NCBI GenBank assembly: GCA_000146045.2
Contig: BK006949.2
Coordinates: 96,001-160,000, forward strand
DNA length: 64,000 bases
Direction: 5' to 3'
Source of the DNA: TPA_inf: Saccharomyces
Taxonomy: Eukaryota
A program made the translations under genes and the position numbers. Positions 25,767-37,042 of this stretch are shown one piece after another; position 1 is the first letter of the stretch, and each line of letters starts with the position of its first letter. The notes beneath the pieces are model-generated. The model searched no databases, was not told the origin of the DNA, and saw only the letters and a program-made list of their open reading frames with translations.

Positions 25767-28700
25767 ATGCCTCCAAAGAAGTTTAAGGATCTAAACTCTT
25801 TCCTTGACGACCAACCAAAGGACCCAAATCTAGTCGCTTCTCCCTTCGGTGGTTATTTTAAAAACCCTGCTGCTGATGCCGGTAGTAATAACGCTTCCAA
25901 AAAAAGTAGCTACCAACAACAGCGTAATTGGAAACAGGGGGGCAACTACCAACAAGGTGGTTACCAATCGTATAACAGTAATTACAACAATTACAACAAC
26001 TACAACAACTACAACAATTATAACAACTACAATAACTATAATAAATACAATGGCCAGGGCTATCAAAAATCTACTTACAAACAATCGGCTGTGACGCCCA
26101 ACCAAAGTGGAACTCCAACTCCATCTGCTTCTACTACATCTTTGACCTCTTTGAATGAAAAGCTGTCGAACTTAGAGTTAACACCCATCTCTCAATTTTT
26201 GTCAAAGATACCTGAATGTCAAAGTATCACTGATTGCAAAAATCAAATCAAACTAATCATTGAAGAATTTGGCAAAGAAGGTAACAGTACGGGTGAGAAA
26301 ATTGAAGAGTGGAAAATCGTCGATGTTCTATCTAAATTCATCAAACCTAAGAATCCATCATTAGTTAGAGAATCTGCCATGCTAATAATTTCCAACATTG
26401 CTCAATTTTTCAGTGGAAAGCCACCACAGGAAGCATACTTGCTACCATTCTTCAATGTCGCACTTGACTGTATTTCAGATAAAGAGAATACAGTCAAACG
26501 TGCCGCGCAACATGCCATTGATTCTTTGTTGAATTGCTTTCCAATGGAGGCTTTAACCTGTTTTGTACTGCCTACGATTTTGGATTACTTATCATCTGGT
26601 GCCAAATGGCAAGCTAAAATGGCCGCTCTAAGCGTTGTAGATAGAATAAGAGAAGATTCGGCGAACGATTTATTGGAACTTACTTTCAAAGATGCAGTTC
26701 CAGTTTTAACCGATGTAGCAACTGATTTCAAACCTGAATTGGCCAAACAAGGTTACAAAACTTTATTGGACTACGTTTCTATTTTGGATAACTTAGATTT
26801 GTCTCCTCGTTATAAATTGATCGTGGACACCCTGCAAGATCCATCTAAGGTTCCTGAATCTGTAAAATCGTTATCCAGTGTTACATTTGTCGCTGAAGTT
26901 ACGGAACCTTCACTATCTTTGTTAGTTCCTATTCTAAACAGATCTTTAAACCTATCGTCATCATCTCAAGAGCAATTAAGACAAACCGTTATTGTCGTGG
27001 AGAATTTGACAAGATTGGTGAATAATCGTAATGAAATTGAAAGCTTCATCCCTCTACTACTACCCGGTATCCAAAAGGTTGTTGATACTGCGTCCTTACC
27101 TGAAGTTCGTGAATTGGCTGAAAAGGCCCTTAACGTTCTAAAAGAAGATGACGAAGCTGATAAGGAAAACAAATTCTCAGGCAGACTGACTTTAGAAGAA
27201 GGTAGGGATTTCTTACTTGATCACCTCAAGGACATTAAAGCTGATGATTCCTGTTTTGTCAAGCCTTACATGAATGACGAAACTGTTATCAAGTATATGA
27301 GCAAGATTTTGACCGTGGATTCTAATGTGAACGACTGGAAAAGACTTGAAGATTTTTTGACCGCCGTTTTTGGTGGTTCAGATTCACAAAGAGAATTTGT
27401 CAAACAAGACTTTATCCATAACTTGAGAGCTTTATTCTACCAAGAAAAGGAAAGGGCAGATGAGGACGAAGGTATTGAGATTGTCAACACTGATTTCTCC
27501 TTAGCTTATGGTTCAAGAATGCTTTTGAACAAAACAAATCTTCGTCTCCTAAAGGGTCATCGTTACGGTTTGTGTGGTAGAAATGGTGCTGGTAAGTCTA
27601 CTTTAATGAGAGCAATTGCTAATGGTCAATTGGATGGTTTTCCTGACAAGGATACATTACGCACCTGTTTCGTCGAACATAAATTGCAAGGTGAAGAAGG
27701 TGATTTAGACTTGGTTTCCTTCATTGCTTTAGATGAAGAACTGCAATCTACTTCTCGTGAGGAAATTGCAGCCGCTTTAGAATCTGTCGGTTTTGATGAA
27801 GAGAGAAGAGCACAAACTGTTGGATCTTTATCTGGTGGTTGGAAAATGAAGTTGGAATTGGCAAGAGCTATGTTACAAAAAGCTGATATTTTATTGCTGG
27901 ATGAACCTACCAATCATTTAGATGTTTCGAACGTTAAATGGTTAGAAGAATACTTACTGGAACATACTGATATTACTTCATTGATTGTTTCGCATGACTC
28001 TGGTTTCTTAGATACAGTCTGTACTGACATCATCCATTATGAAAACAAGAAATTGGCTTACTACAAAGGTAACTTGGCAGCATTTGTTGAGCAGAAACCT
28101 GAAGCTAAATCTTACTATACCTTAACAGATTCTAATGCTCAAATGCGTTTCCCACCCCCAGGTATTTTAACAGGTGTTAAGTCTAACACTAGAGCCGTCG
28201 CTAAAATGACTGATGTAACTTTCTCTTATCCAGGTGCCCAAAAGCCTTCCTTAAGCCATGTCTCCTGTTCATTGTCTCTGTCTTCTCGTGTGGCTTGTTT
28301 AGGTCCTAACGGTGCTGGTAAATCCACTTTGATCAAGCTATTAACTGGTGAATTGGTTCCAAATGAAGGTAAAGTGGAAAAACATCCAAATTTACGTATT
28401 GGTTATATTGCTCAGCATGCATTGCAACACGTCAATGAACATAAGGAAAAGACGGCAAACCAATATTTGCAATGGCGTTATCAATTCGGTGACGACCGTG
28501 AAGTCTTATTGAAGGAATCCAGAAAAATATCCGAAGATGAAAAGGAAATGATGACAAAGGAAATCGACATTGATGACGGTAGAGGTAAGAGAGCCATTGA
28601 AGCTATTGTAGGTAGACAAAAGTTGAAAAAATCTTTCCAATATGAGGTCAAATGGAAATACTGGAAACCAAAATACAACTCCTGGGTTCCAAAAGATGTT

Positions 28701-29357
28701 TTGGTCGAGCATGGCTTTGAAAAATTGGTTCAAAAATTCGACGATCACGAAGCCTCCAGAGAAGGGTTGGGTTACCGTGAATTAATTCCTTCAGTTATCA
28801 CCAAACATTTTGAAGACGTTGGTCTTGATTCTGAAATTGCTAACCATACTCCATTAGGTTCTTTATCTGGTGGTCAATTAGTTAAAGTCGTTATTGCCGG
28901 TGCTATGTGGAACAACCCTCATTTACTTGTTTTGGATGAACCTACCAACTATTTGGACAGAGACTCTCTTGGTGCTTTGGCCGTTGCTATTCGTGACTGG
29001 AGTGGTGGTGTCGTTATGATTTCGCATAATAACGAATTTGTTGGTGCTTTATGTCCTGAACAATGGATTGTGGAGAACGGTAAAATGGTTCAAAAGGGCT
29101 CTGCACAAGTTGACCAATCCAAATTCGAAGATGGTGGTAATGCTGATGCCGTTGGTCTAAAGGCCTCCAACTTGGCCAAGCCATCTGTAGATGACGATGA
29201 TTCTCCAGCTAACATCAAGGTCAAGCAAAGAAAGAAGAGATTGACAAGAAATGAAAAGAAGCTGCAAGCCGAACGTCGTCGTCTACGTTACATTGAGTGG
29301 TTGTCATCGCCAAAAGGTACACCAAAACCAGTTGATACTGACGATGAAGAAGATTGA
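25767..29357 (+). CDS. NEW1: ABCF-family ATPase / translation factor with an N-terminal Q/N-rich prion domain ([NU+]); 1196 aa
   Basis: Tandem ABC cassettes (GRNGAGKST…LSGGWKMKL…LLLDEPTNHLD and GPNGAGKST…LSGGQLVKV…LVLDEPTNYLD) plus an N-terminal YNNYNN repeat. The open frame starts 6 codons earlier at 25749; the annotated-length start is MPPKKFKDL at 25767. Confidence 0.92.
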   Translation: MPPKKFKDLNSFLDDQPKDPNLVASPFGGYFKNPAADAGSNNASKKSSYQQQRNWKQGGNYQQGGYQSYNSNYNNYNNYNNYNNYNNYNNYNKYNGQGYQKSTYKQSAVTPNQSGTPTPSASTTSLTSLNEKLSNLELTPISQFLSKIPECQSITDCKNQIKLIIEEFGKEGNSTGEKIEEWKIVDVLSKFIKPKNPSLVRESAMLIISNIAQFFSGKPPQEAYLLPFFNVALDCISDKENTVKRAAQHAIDSLLNCFPMEALTCFVLPTILDYLSSGAKWQAKMAALSVVDRIREDSANDLLELTFKDAVPVLTDVATDFKPELAKQGYKTLLDYVSILDNLDLSPRYKLIVDTLQDPSKVPESVKSLSSVTFVAEVTEPSLSLLVPILNRSLNLSSSSQEQLRQTVIVVENLTRLVNNRNEIESFIPLLLPGIQKVVDTASLPEVRELAEKALNVLKEDDEADKENKFSGRLTLEEGRDFLLDHLKDIKADDSCFVKPYMNDETVIKYMSKILTVDSNVNDWKRLEDFLTAVFGGSDSQREFVKQDFIHNLRALFYQEKERADEDEGIEIVNTDFSLAYGSRMLLNKTNLRLLKGHRYGLCGRNGAGKSTLMRAIANGQLDGFPDKDTLRTCFVEHKLQGEEGDLDLVSFIALDEELQSTSREEIAAALESVGFDEERRAQTVGSLSGGWKMKLELARAMLQKADILLLDEPTNHLDVSNVKWLEEYLLEHTDITSLIVSHDSGFLDTVCTDIIHYENKKLAYYKGNLAAFVEQKPEAKSYYTLTDSNAQMRFPPPGILTGVKSNTRAVAKMTDVTFSYPGAQKPSLSHVSCSLSLSSRVACLGPNGAGKSTLIKLLTGELVPNEGKVEKHPNLRIGYIAQHALQHVNEHKEKTANQYLQWRYQFGDDREVLLKESRKISEDEKEMMTKEIDIDDGRGKRAIEAIVGRQKLKKSFQYEVKWKYWKPKYNSWVPKDVLVEHGFEKLVQKFDDHEASREGLGYRELIPSVITKHFEDVGLDSEIANHTPLGSLSGGQLVKVVIAGAMWNNPHLLVLDEPTNYLDRDSLGALAVAIRDWSGGVVMISHNNEFVGALCPEQWIVENGKMVQKGSAQVDQSKFEDGGNADAVGLKASNLAKPSVDDDDSPANIKVKQRKKRLTRNEKKLQAERRRLRYIEWLSSPKGTPKPVDTDDEED
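25975..26050 (+). repeat. NEW1: Imperfect tandem hexanucleotide repeat (AAY AAC TAC)n encoding the NYN repeats of the NEW1 prion domain
   Basis: aattacaacaattacaacaactacaacaactacaacaattataacaactacaataactataataaatacaat. It gives rise to spurious overlapping ORFs on both strands (25830-26105 minus, 25849-26094 plus). Confidence 0.85.
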
Positions 29358-30005
29358 AAGCCTACTGGCTAGTGTTTTATCTTCGCTAACTTCGTTTGTT
29401 TCACTCCATCTTTTTTCTTTAATTCACTCCTCAAATGGAGTTTACTACGTTGATAGAATTTAGGACAAGCATATGACGCTCTCCTTCCTTTTTTGTTTTC
29501 TAGGTTAATTCATTTTTCATACAGAGTAGTTAATATTGGTTCTTTTCATATATGTACGGTACGCAGATTAATTATGTAAACTTAAACTTAAGGGATCCTT
29601 TTTGATGCTAACAATTGTCGATGTTGAACTACAAATTTATGTAAGAGGTCGTTGTTAAGGATTATTATTTTAAAAATACACGAAGATTGATTATTATTTC
29701 TTACATGAGGTTATGAATCGTGCTCCAAAAGTATACCAAAAATAACTCCTGAACTGCTAGGCACAGTTTGCGATAATTTAAAGGGGTTAAATACACTTTT
29801 ACTACTGGCTTTCACCTTATAAATCCCTCATTAAACTAAAGATGAATGAACATTGTTGAAGAAATTGTCCGGGTAAGAGGTTGTACTAGGGAGTGATGAA
29901 CATCCATAAATTCTTCGACTAGCAGAAGTAATGATAATTTTCACCCGTTAAAGCTACATCTGGTTAGATGGACTAGAAGAACCACGACGAAACAATCATA
30001 TAACA

Positions 30006-30446
30006 ATGTCTACTTTTAATGCAGAAACCGCTGATAACTTGGAAGATATCGAGAAACAATTCGCTGTTGTTGCTGTTGAACAAGCGGAAACATATTGGAA
30101 ACTATTAACAAGTGTTCCCGGTTCCAAGTTACGTTTGACTAAGTTTGATGACGAAATATACGAGAATTTTATGGAGAGATTCCCAGAATACAAAGATGTT
30201 GAAAGGGTCAAAAAGTTTACGGAGGAAGAATTAAAAACAAAAGAAGCCAAGGAAAGATGGAGAAAGTTCTTCACAATTTTTGAGAAAAAAATCGAAGACT
30301 ATAACTTTGGTACTTTGTTGAGGACAGACGCTTCAGCCGAGTATGGTCAATTTACTACTTGTTTTGTCGTGAGACTACAATTTTACGCTTTTGAAATTGC
30401 TAGAAATAAACACGGCTTGAACGATTGGATTGTCGGTCAGAAATGA
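30006..30446 (+). CDS. Uncharacterised conserved protein YPL225W (PBDC1 family; 146 aa)
   Basis: 146-aa ORF at the YPL225W position, starting MSTFNAETADNLEDIEKQF. Confidence 0.8.
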   Translation: MSTFNAETADNLEDIEKQFAVVAVEQAETYWKLLTSVPGSKLRLTKFDDEIYENFMERFPEYKDVERVKKFTEEELKTKEAKERWRKFFTIFEKKIEDYNFGTLLRTDASAEYGQFTTCFVVRLQFYAFEIARNKHGLNDWIVGQK

Positions 30447-30633
30447 ACATGCATATATATTTGTGATTGATTATATAGAATACATTACTTTATACAAAGG
30501 AACAACACAAGGCATTCTTCCTTGTTCAACATATATATATATACATATATATATTAAGCTCAGTAAATTGTTGAAATGTGAAAGGCTGTACTTTTGCTCT
30601 TAACTTTTGAAAAAATTCATCATTGAGAATTCC

Positions 30634-32088
30634 CTAATGTTTATGGGTGTGAGTATCGGCAGAATCAGAATGAGTATGAGTATGATTTGTTGATTTAGTG
30701 TCATGAGAGTGCTCCAAATCACCTTTAGAGTCAGAGGTTACATCAACAAACTCGACGTCCACCTTCCCCACGTTTGGCACCTTCATACGTAAATCCTCTC
30801 TTATAGTCGAAATAGCGTTTTCCAAAAATCTTATCCCAACTTCCTGACCTGAATGTAATACTGGCACTTCCAAAGTTGTGGTGGCACGAAGATTAGGACC
30901 GGAAGCTAATATAGTAAGGTCTCTAACATGTAACGACTGTTTGAGATCTAAGTCTGTTTTCAAACTGCCAATGCTGTCTTTTATGACAGATTCGATTTCT
31001 AGATAACGCGGATCAGTAGGTGGTATAGATTGGTCAACTAACTCCTTCAGTGAGGATAAGATACCTTGTCCACCTGTTTTTATGATCAAACCTGACACTA
31101 CAAGCCCACCTAAATTATCTAAGGATTGAATGTTGAAAAAATAACTAGATGTGATAGCGACCAACGCTACCAACGATGTCAAGGAGTCAACACGATGATG
31201 CCAGGCGTTTGCCATTAGTACATTAGAATTTGTTTGGATTGCAACTTTCTTTGTTGCCTGAAAAACCCATTCTTTAACCAAGATAGAACCCGCTGCTATC
31301 CATACAGCATTTACATTAGTTGCCTGTTGTGTTAGCGACTGAGAATGGGAATGCGTTTCACCAATTAAACCGGCCATCGATTCTAGAATGGCATGAGGAA
31401 TGACAGGCCCCACAATAGCGCATAACGACGACCAACCGATAGATATACCAGCCATTGCTAAGATTGTGGATACTGCCAAAGATCCCACAGTTTCCACTTT
31501 ACCATAGCCATATGGGTACTCCGAAGTTGGTTTACGAGACGCATATTGGACAGAAAACAGTGTTAAAAAATCAGATACCAAATCGCTAAGAGCATGTACG
31601 GAATCAGCAAGTAATGCTTGAGAATGAAAAGTGATTCCTCCTACAAATTTTCCTACTGCCATCCCCACATTTGATGCAAGTCCTATCCATGTTATTCTTA
31701 CGCCAGGATTCTTCTTGATCTGCTGTACGTTCAGTGACAATAAAGGATTGTCATGCATATGTGTGTGGCTGTGACTATGAGTATGTTGCAACAACGACTT
31801 CACAGAGGAAGCCTTGCCTTCCTTCTTTCCTTCACTTTCATTCTGTCTGGAATTCGATCCATTCTGTGAAGACATTTTTGAAATGAGCTGTTCATTATAG
31901 CCCTCTTCTTGACCTTCTTTATTTAGCAGTTTCGAAGAATGCAGGCACCTTCTCGGGTTGGCTGAGATCATTGTACTGTACAGGCTTGATGTTCTTATGG
32001 CCCTCCCGGCAGCATGGTAACTAGTGTTGTTATAACCTGGCACAAAGGAACCGAATTGCTTGATAGAGTCAATACTTATCCGTAGCAT
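30634..32088 (-). CDS. MMT2: Mitochondrial cation-diffusion-facilitator metal (iron) transporter (484 aa)
   Basis: CDF-family TM core with His-rich tracts (HTHSHSHTHMHD; HTHTHSDSADTHTHKH). The open frame continues 40 codons upstream to an ATG at 32208; I chose the start MLRISIDSIK that gives the 484-aa length I recall. Confidence 0.82.
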   Translation of the reverse strand: MLRISIDSIKQFGSFVPGYNNTSYHAAGRAIRTSSLYSTMISANPRRCLHSSKLLNKEGQEEGYNEQLISKMSSQNGSNSRQNESEGKKEGKASSVKSLLQHTHSHSHTHMHDNPLLSLNVQQIKKNPGVRITWIGLASNVGMAVGKFVGGITFHSQALLADSVHALSDLVSDFLTLFSVQYASRKPTSEYPYGYGKVETVGSLAVSTILAMAGISIGWSSLCAIVGPVIPHAILESMAGLIGETHSHSQSLTQQATNVNAVWIAAGSILVKEWVFQATKKVAIQTNSNVLMANAWHHRVDSLTSLVALVAITSSYFFNIQSLDNLGGLVVSGLIIKTGGQGILSSLKELVDQSIPPTDPRYLEIESVIKDSIGSLKTDLDLKQSLHVRDLTILASGPNLRATTTLEVPVLHSGQEVGIRFLENAISTIREDLRMKVPNVGKVDVEFVDVTSDSKGDLEHSHDTKSTNHTHTHSDSADTHTHKH

Positions 32089-32631
32089 ATCTTTATTGCG
32101 TTTGCTTTTTTGAGAAAGTAATTGCTTACACGTTCTAGAATAAAAAAGTATGGTTGTAAGAACGCACTTGAAAAGGCACCAATCTGCTCGGGTTTTTACA
32201 ACTAACACTAACCTAGATGAGAGGTAAAAAGAAATCGTAAAAAAAAGTTGTTGCCCAGCACAATAACGACACTTTACCCGCTAATTCCAGGAGGTTTGAG
32301 TTAGACAACGACCTTCCCACCCCGTTTTCCCATAATTCTATTGTTATACACCTGGATCTGGAGGTCCGTGAAACGGCATACCTCGACGAAAAAGGTCACT
32401 ACTAATCAAATCAAACTGACATTAATAAAAACGTATAAACTGACAGCTGTAGATCTAAATAAACTAGATTAAACATATGAAATAGTTTGTAAAAAGTGGC
32501 ATCATGACCAATAATAGGTCCAGATGAAGAAAAAAGAAAAAAGAAGACGAAATTAGGGTAAAATTTCTCACTTGCTGCTCAAGGGTGAGACCCGCACCTC
32601 AGGCATGTAATAGAAGCTTCGACCACCGCAT

Positions 32632-33138
32632 CTACCAGACGCCTTGGTTCCCACTATCATCATCATATTCATCGTTTCCTGACCCAGACAGATCGCGTCT
32701 ACCGCTGCCGATATTAGAGGATTGGTAGCGGTTACTTTGAGCACCTCTTGTACGACCTTGTTTTTGCTGTTGGCCCGAAGTCAAGAAGTCATCGTCTTCA
32801 TCGTCGTCCAACTGACCTTGAGTGTTAGTTTCGCGGTAAGTTTGGGTATAAGTGCCACCACCAGTGCCGGCAGTGTAGTCAGTAGTTTGTTGCTGGAAGT
32901 CGTTACCGCCAAACTGCGTGTTACCGCCTAGATTAGACTGTGGCTGCTGGCGTTGAGGGAAATTCCCTTGGTTTTCTTCGCCGTAGGGATCGGCCTTGGA
33001 TCCTTGATTCCTGAATTCCCTCTGTTGATGTTTTTCATGACGCTGTTGTCTAGTCTGGTCGTCATTGTCGTCTTCGTAACGTTCATCATGATCGTTGCCG
33101 TGCAACTTATCAGCAAACTTGTTTAATAGATTGGACAT
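32632..33138 (-). CDS. GRE1: Stress-induced hydrophilin (168 aa)
   Basis: Highly hydrophilic, Gln/Gly/Asp-rich 168-aa protein with no TM segment. Position fits YPL223C. Confidence 0.85.
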   Translation of the reverse strand: MSNLLNKFADKLHGNDHDERYEDDNDDQTRQQRHEKHQQREFRNQGSKADPYGEENQGNFPQRQQPQSNLGGNTQFGGNDFQQQTTDYTAGTGGGTYTQTYRETNTQGQLDDDEDDDFLTSGQQQKQGRTRGAQSNRYQSSNIGSGRRDLSGSGNDEYDDDSGNQGVW

Positions 33139-34161
33139 TTCTTAATTGTTATTCGTACTTAGCTTTTATGCGGTAGTGTTTGGCTCTGCTGCTAGTAGAT
33201 ATTAAGAGTTGAGGGTAGGTATGTATCCTTTTTTTGATGAAATAGTAATGTGCTTTTATAGTCCAAGAAATATTGACTGCTTCAAGGGAGCCTGATTAAC
33301 AAGCACGTAACGGAGACCAAAAAAAGGATTTCGGTCTTTTCTAACCATTTCCCTTTACTCCCTTGTGCGTTATTTGTTTTGATTACTAGGCATGATGTAT
33401 GGAGGAACTTGCGATCAAATGTCATAAAAGTGGAGGAGTGAAAAGAAATGACGAAGCCCAAAACGTGGTCCTAGAATTACCACATTTCCTTTTTCTAAAG
33501 GAAGCCAGACTATGCTTTACGCAAGAACTGTGGTTAAAGAGGGATATTCTGATGAACATAAATTCATACACATTCATGAGAAGCACGACAAGGATTGGTT
33601 AATTACTTACAACTAAGGCAAAACTGCCATTGACCTCATCTGTACCACCACATGCTGTGTAGTTATTTTCCCTTTGTGATCCCTAAAAAAGATGGGATCT
33701 ACACACCTTACAAGAACATCCTCAAACCCATACCTGGAACCACTGAACATATTCTTCCCGTGAAAGGCTCTACGGCGAAACTACTGTAATGTCACAGGAA
33801 ATTAAGGATGCTTCGACTATGGAACGGACCATACATGGGGACCCGATGTATAGAAAGCCTCAATGAGGCAAAGAGTCTAGCTCCTTTAAGATACGTAATT
33901 CTCCTTCTGTTTTCCCTTAATTATTCGGGTGAAATACCACATGGTCGCACGGCTGACGGGGAACTCCGGAATTGGACGATGAAGAACTTAACGGTGATAT
34001 GAGGTGATCGTGGAACAAAACGTTGTGCCAAAGAAGCCACAAATACGTCACTGTAATTATTCTGCCTGCATAAAAAGAGCCATCAAGGATAAGCTAGAGA
34101 CTATACTCCGGAAGTAGAAGAAGGAAGGTGTGAGAAAGAAGATAGAGCGTGTAACACAATC

Positions 34162-36228
34162 ATGGGGGAAAAAAGGACAATAATCAAAGCGCTGAAAAAC
34201 TCTGCAGCGTCCCACTTCATCAAGAAGTTGACCGCAGATACTTCCCTGTCGTCCATACAAGAGGCAATAAACGTCGTGCAGCAGTACAATGCAACGGATC
34301 CCGTGAGATTAAAGCTTTTCCATACGCCTCGGATGGTTTCGCAGGGGGCTCATTTTGCATTTTGTTTGCCCACTAAGAAACCACATTACAAGCCATTACT
34401 GCTTTCGCAAAACGCACTTGATGAGTTTAATTTGGTGCAGGATCAGGACTTGGAGAAAATACTATCCGGTGAGAAAGTATATTATTCCGATAGTATCTTT
34501 CCCTATAGTACAGTGTACTCCGGATTTCAATTCGGCTCATTTGCTGCACAGCTGGGAGACGGACGTGTGGTAAACTTGTTTGATCTTAAGGACAAGTGTA
34601 GCGGACAATGGCAAACGTTTCAGTTGAAAGGTGCCGGTATGACGCCATTTTCTCGGTTTGCAGATGGGAAAGCTGTGTTAAGATCAAGCATACGTGAATT
34701 CATAATGAGCGAGGCGTTGCACAGTATTGGAATTCCATCCACAAGAGCTATGCAATTAACTCTGTTACCGGGGACGAAGGCGCAAAGGCGCAATCAAGAA
34801 CCGTGCGCTGTTGTATGCCGTTTTGCGCCCAGCTGGATCCGCTTGGGTAACTTCAACCTATTCAGATGGCGGCACGACTTGAAAGGGTTGATCCAACTAT
34901 CAGATTATTGCATTGAGGAATTGTTTGCTGGGGGGACCCAATTTGAGGGGAAACCCGACTTTAATATATTCAAAAGGGATTTTTTTCCTGACACTGAGAC
35001 GAAGATTGATGAGCAGGTGGAAAAGGATGAAACTGAGGTGAGTACCATGACCGGAGATAACATTTCCACATTGAGCAAATATGATGAGTTTTTCAGACAT
35101 GTAGTTAGCTTGAATGCAAACACAGTGGCCCATTGGCAAGCGTATGGGTTTGCTAACGGTGTTTTGAATACGGATAACACCTCCATTATGGGCCTGACAA
35201 TTGATTATGGCCCCTTTGCCTTCCTGGACAAGTTTGAACCAAGCTTTACCCCGAACCATGATGACACAGCGAAGAGATATTCGTTTGCCAACCAGCCAAG
35301 CATTATATGGTGGAACTTGCAACAGTTTGCCAAGGATCTCGCATGTCTGCTGGGTCCTGAGGCCCGTGACCTTGAATTGTTACTTAAGGGCGAACTGAAT
35401 TCTGTTGATGACGCCCTAGAGAAAACCATGATTGAAAGGGTCCAGAAGTTGGTAGAGCTCAGTGCTAATGAGTACAAGTATGTGTTTACGACAAGGTACG
35501 CGCAGATAATGTCTCAAAGACTCGGTGTAGATCTGGATCTGGAAAAGTGCATGTCTTCTACAAACCTCAAAGATATCGAACATGCAGCCGAGAAGGCTAA
35601 AGAGTTCTGCGATGTTATCGTCGAACCATTGCTAGATATTCTGCAGGCCACAAAAGTCGACTATAACAATTTTTTTATCCATCTACAAAATTACAAGGGG
35701 CCCTTCTTCATCAAAGATAAAAGTGACACCGCAACACTTTTTGGAGCATTCGATGAAGAGTACTTGGGTATGTTCTTCAACTCCAAGCAACTGCAGCAAA
35801 TGGCAGAAACTGAAGAGGCCTTCGCGGCTGGTGAGAAGGTCTTTGACGCTAACGGCGAATTGCGTTTGCTCAACGAAAAATTGCAAGAAATACGCAATTG
35901 GACCCAAGACTATTTGACCTTGGTCCCACCCACGGAAACTGCTGCAAGAGCGTCGCTTGCCAAGAAAGCCAACCCGTTGTTTGTCCCCAGAAGTTGGGTA
36001 CTGGAGGAAGTAGTCGACGATTTAATGTACAGTCAAAGGGATGGCCTACAAGATCCCAGTTCGGAGCTAGATACATCTGCGTTGAAGAAGCTATACCTAA
36101 TGAGCGTAAACCCATACGACCGCACGAAATGGGATGTCACTCTGCGGCCAGAACTGGAGACAAAATGGGCTGACCTTTCCCACCAAGATGACGCTAAGTT
36201 TATGATGCAAGCTTCCTGCAGTAGCTAA
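34162..36228 (+). CDS. FMP40: Mitochondrial SelO-family protein adenylyltransferase (AMPylase; 688 aa)
   Basis: 688-aa ORF with a SelO pseudokinase-fold core (…GDGRVVNLFD…, …NTDNTSIMGLTIDYGPFAF…). Confidence 0.86.
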   Translation: MGEKRTIIKALKNSAASHFIKKLTADTSLSSIQEAINVVQQYNATDPVRLKLFHTPRMVSQGAHFAFCLPTKKPHYKPLLLSQNALDEFNLVQDQDLEKILSGEKVYYSDSIFPYSTVYSGFQFGSFAAQLGDGRVVNLFDLKDKCSGQWQTFQLKGAGMTPFSRFADGKAVLRSSIREFIMSEALHSIGIPSTRAMQLTLLPGTKAQRRNQEPCAVVCRFAPSWIRLGNFNLFRWRHDLKGLIQLSDYCIEELFAGGTQFEGKPDFNIFKRDFFPDTETKIDEQVEKDETEVSTMTGDNISTLSKYDEFFRHVVSLNANTVAHWQAYGFANGVLNTDNTSIMGLTIDYGPFAFLDKFEPSFTPNHDDTAKRYSFANQPSIIWWNLQQFAKDLACLLGPEARDLELLLKGELNSVDDALEKTMIERVQKLVELSANEYKYVFTTRYAQIMSQRLGVDLDLEKCMSSTNLKDIEHAAEKAKEFCDVIVEPLLDILQATKVDYNNFFIHLQNYKGPFFIKDKSDTATLFGAFDEEYLGMFFNSKQLQQMAETEEAFAAGEKVFDANGELRLLNEKLQEIRNWTQDYLTLVPPTETAARASLAKKANPLFVPRSWVLEEVVDDLMYSQRDGLQDPSSELDTSALKKLYLMSVNPYDRTKWDVTLRPELETKWADLSHQDDAKFMMQASCSS

Positions 36229-37042
36229 ATGACCACAGATGTATTTATACATTCATAGCTATATATATACATATATATATATACATGTAATATGGCGCAA
36301 GTAGGCACGGTAGTCACCAATTGCTCAGGTATCTCCTCGGTGTAAAAGCACGTACACCGCGTTCGGAGAGTCGTTTATAAACTCAAAAGGGGAAAGAGAC
36401 AAGGGTAGCCGAACGACTGGCACCGGACACGAACACGAAAACTTATTTAGATTATTAAAAAAAAAAAAAAAAGAGAGGAAACGAGGCGGAGGCGGAGAGG
36501 AGGAGAGAGACAAGAGACGGGCAGAACAAGAAGGGTAAAAACAGTGAGAAACAGTCTCCGCCGTTTTGACTGCGTATCCATCGTTATTGTCCACTACGAG
36601 ACGCTAATGACGAAACGAGCTACCACATGCGTTTCCTACGCACCTGCTAAAGACCTGACACTTTAAAGGACCCATCTTCTGGCCTTCTGTCCCGGGTGCT
36701 GACCAAGCTCTCTTCCTTTTCCTTGCATTTTTTATATATTAATACTCACTTTCTTTCCGATTTTTATTTTTGAGTCTTCTTAAGCAAAATCCTGCTATGC
36801 GAATCTGAACCGATCGCTCGAGAACTAACTTAACCATACTTGCTCACATTGCCGTTTTGGGAAACTGCGGAATTTTTTTGGGAAAGAACAAGAAATAAGC
36901 GGAGGCACACATAGAAAAAAGAAACGCAGAAAGATCAAGCACGGATATTTCTGGCTAGAGGTTTATAAAAGAAAGAATACCTGGCAGCAAAGAGATTATT
37001 TTCATTATTGACACACATACCCGACCAAAAACGGCGTTAAGA

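Noticed and set aside
34900-35322. 140-aa and 93-aa minus-strand ORFs inside FMP40
   Set aside because: Antisense shadows; FMP40 on the plus strand has a clear SelO domain.
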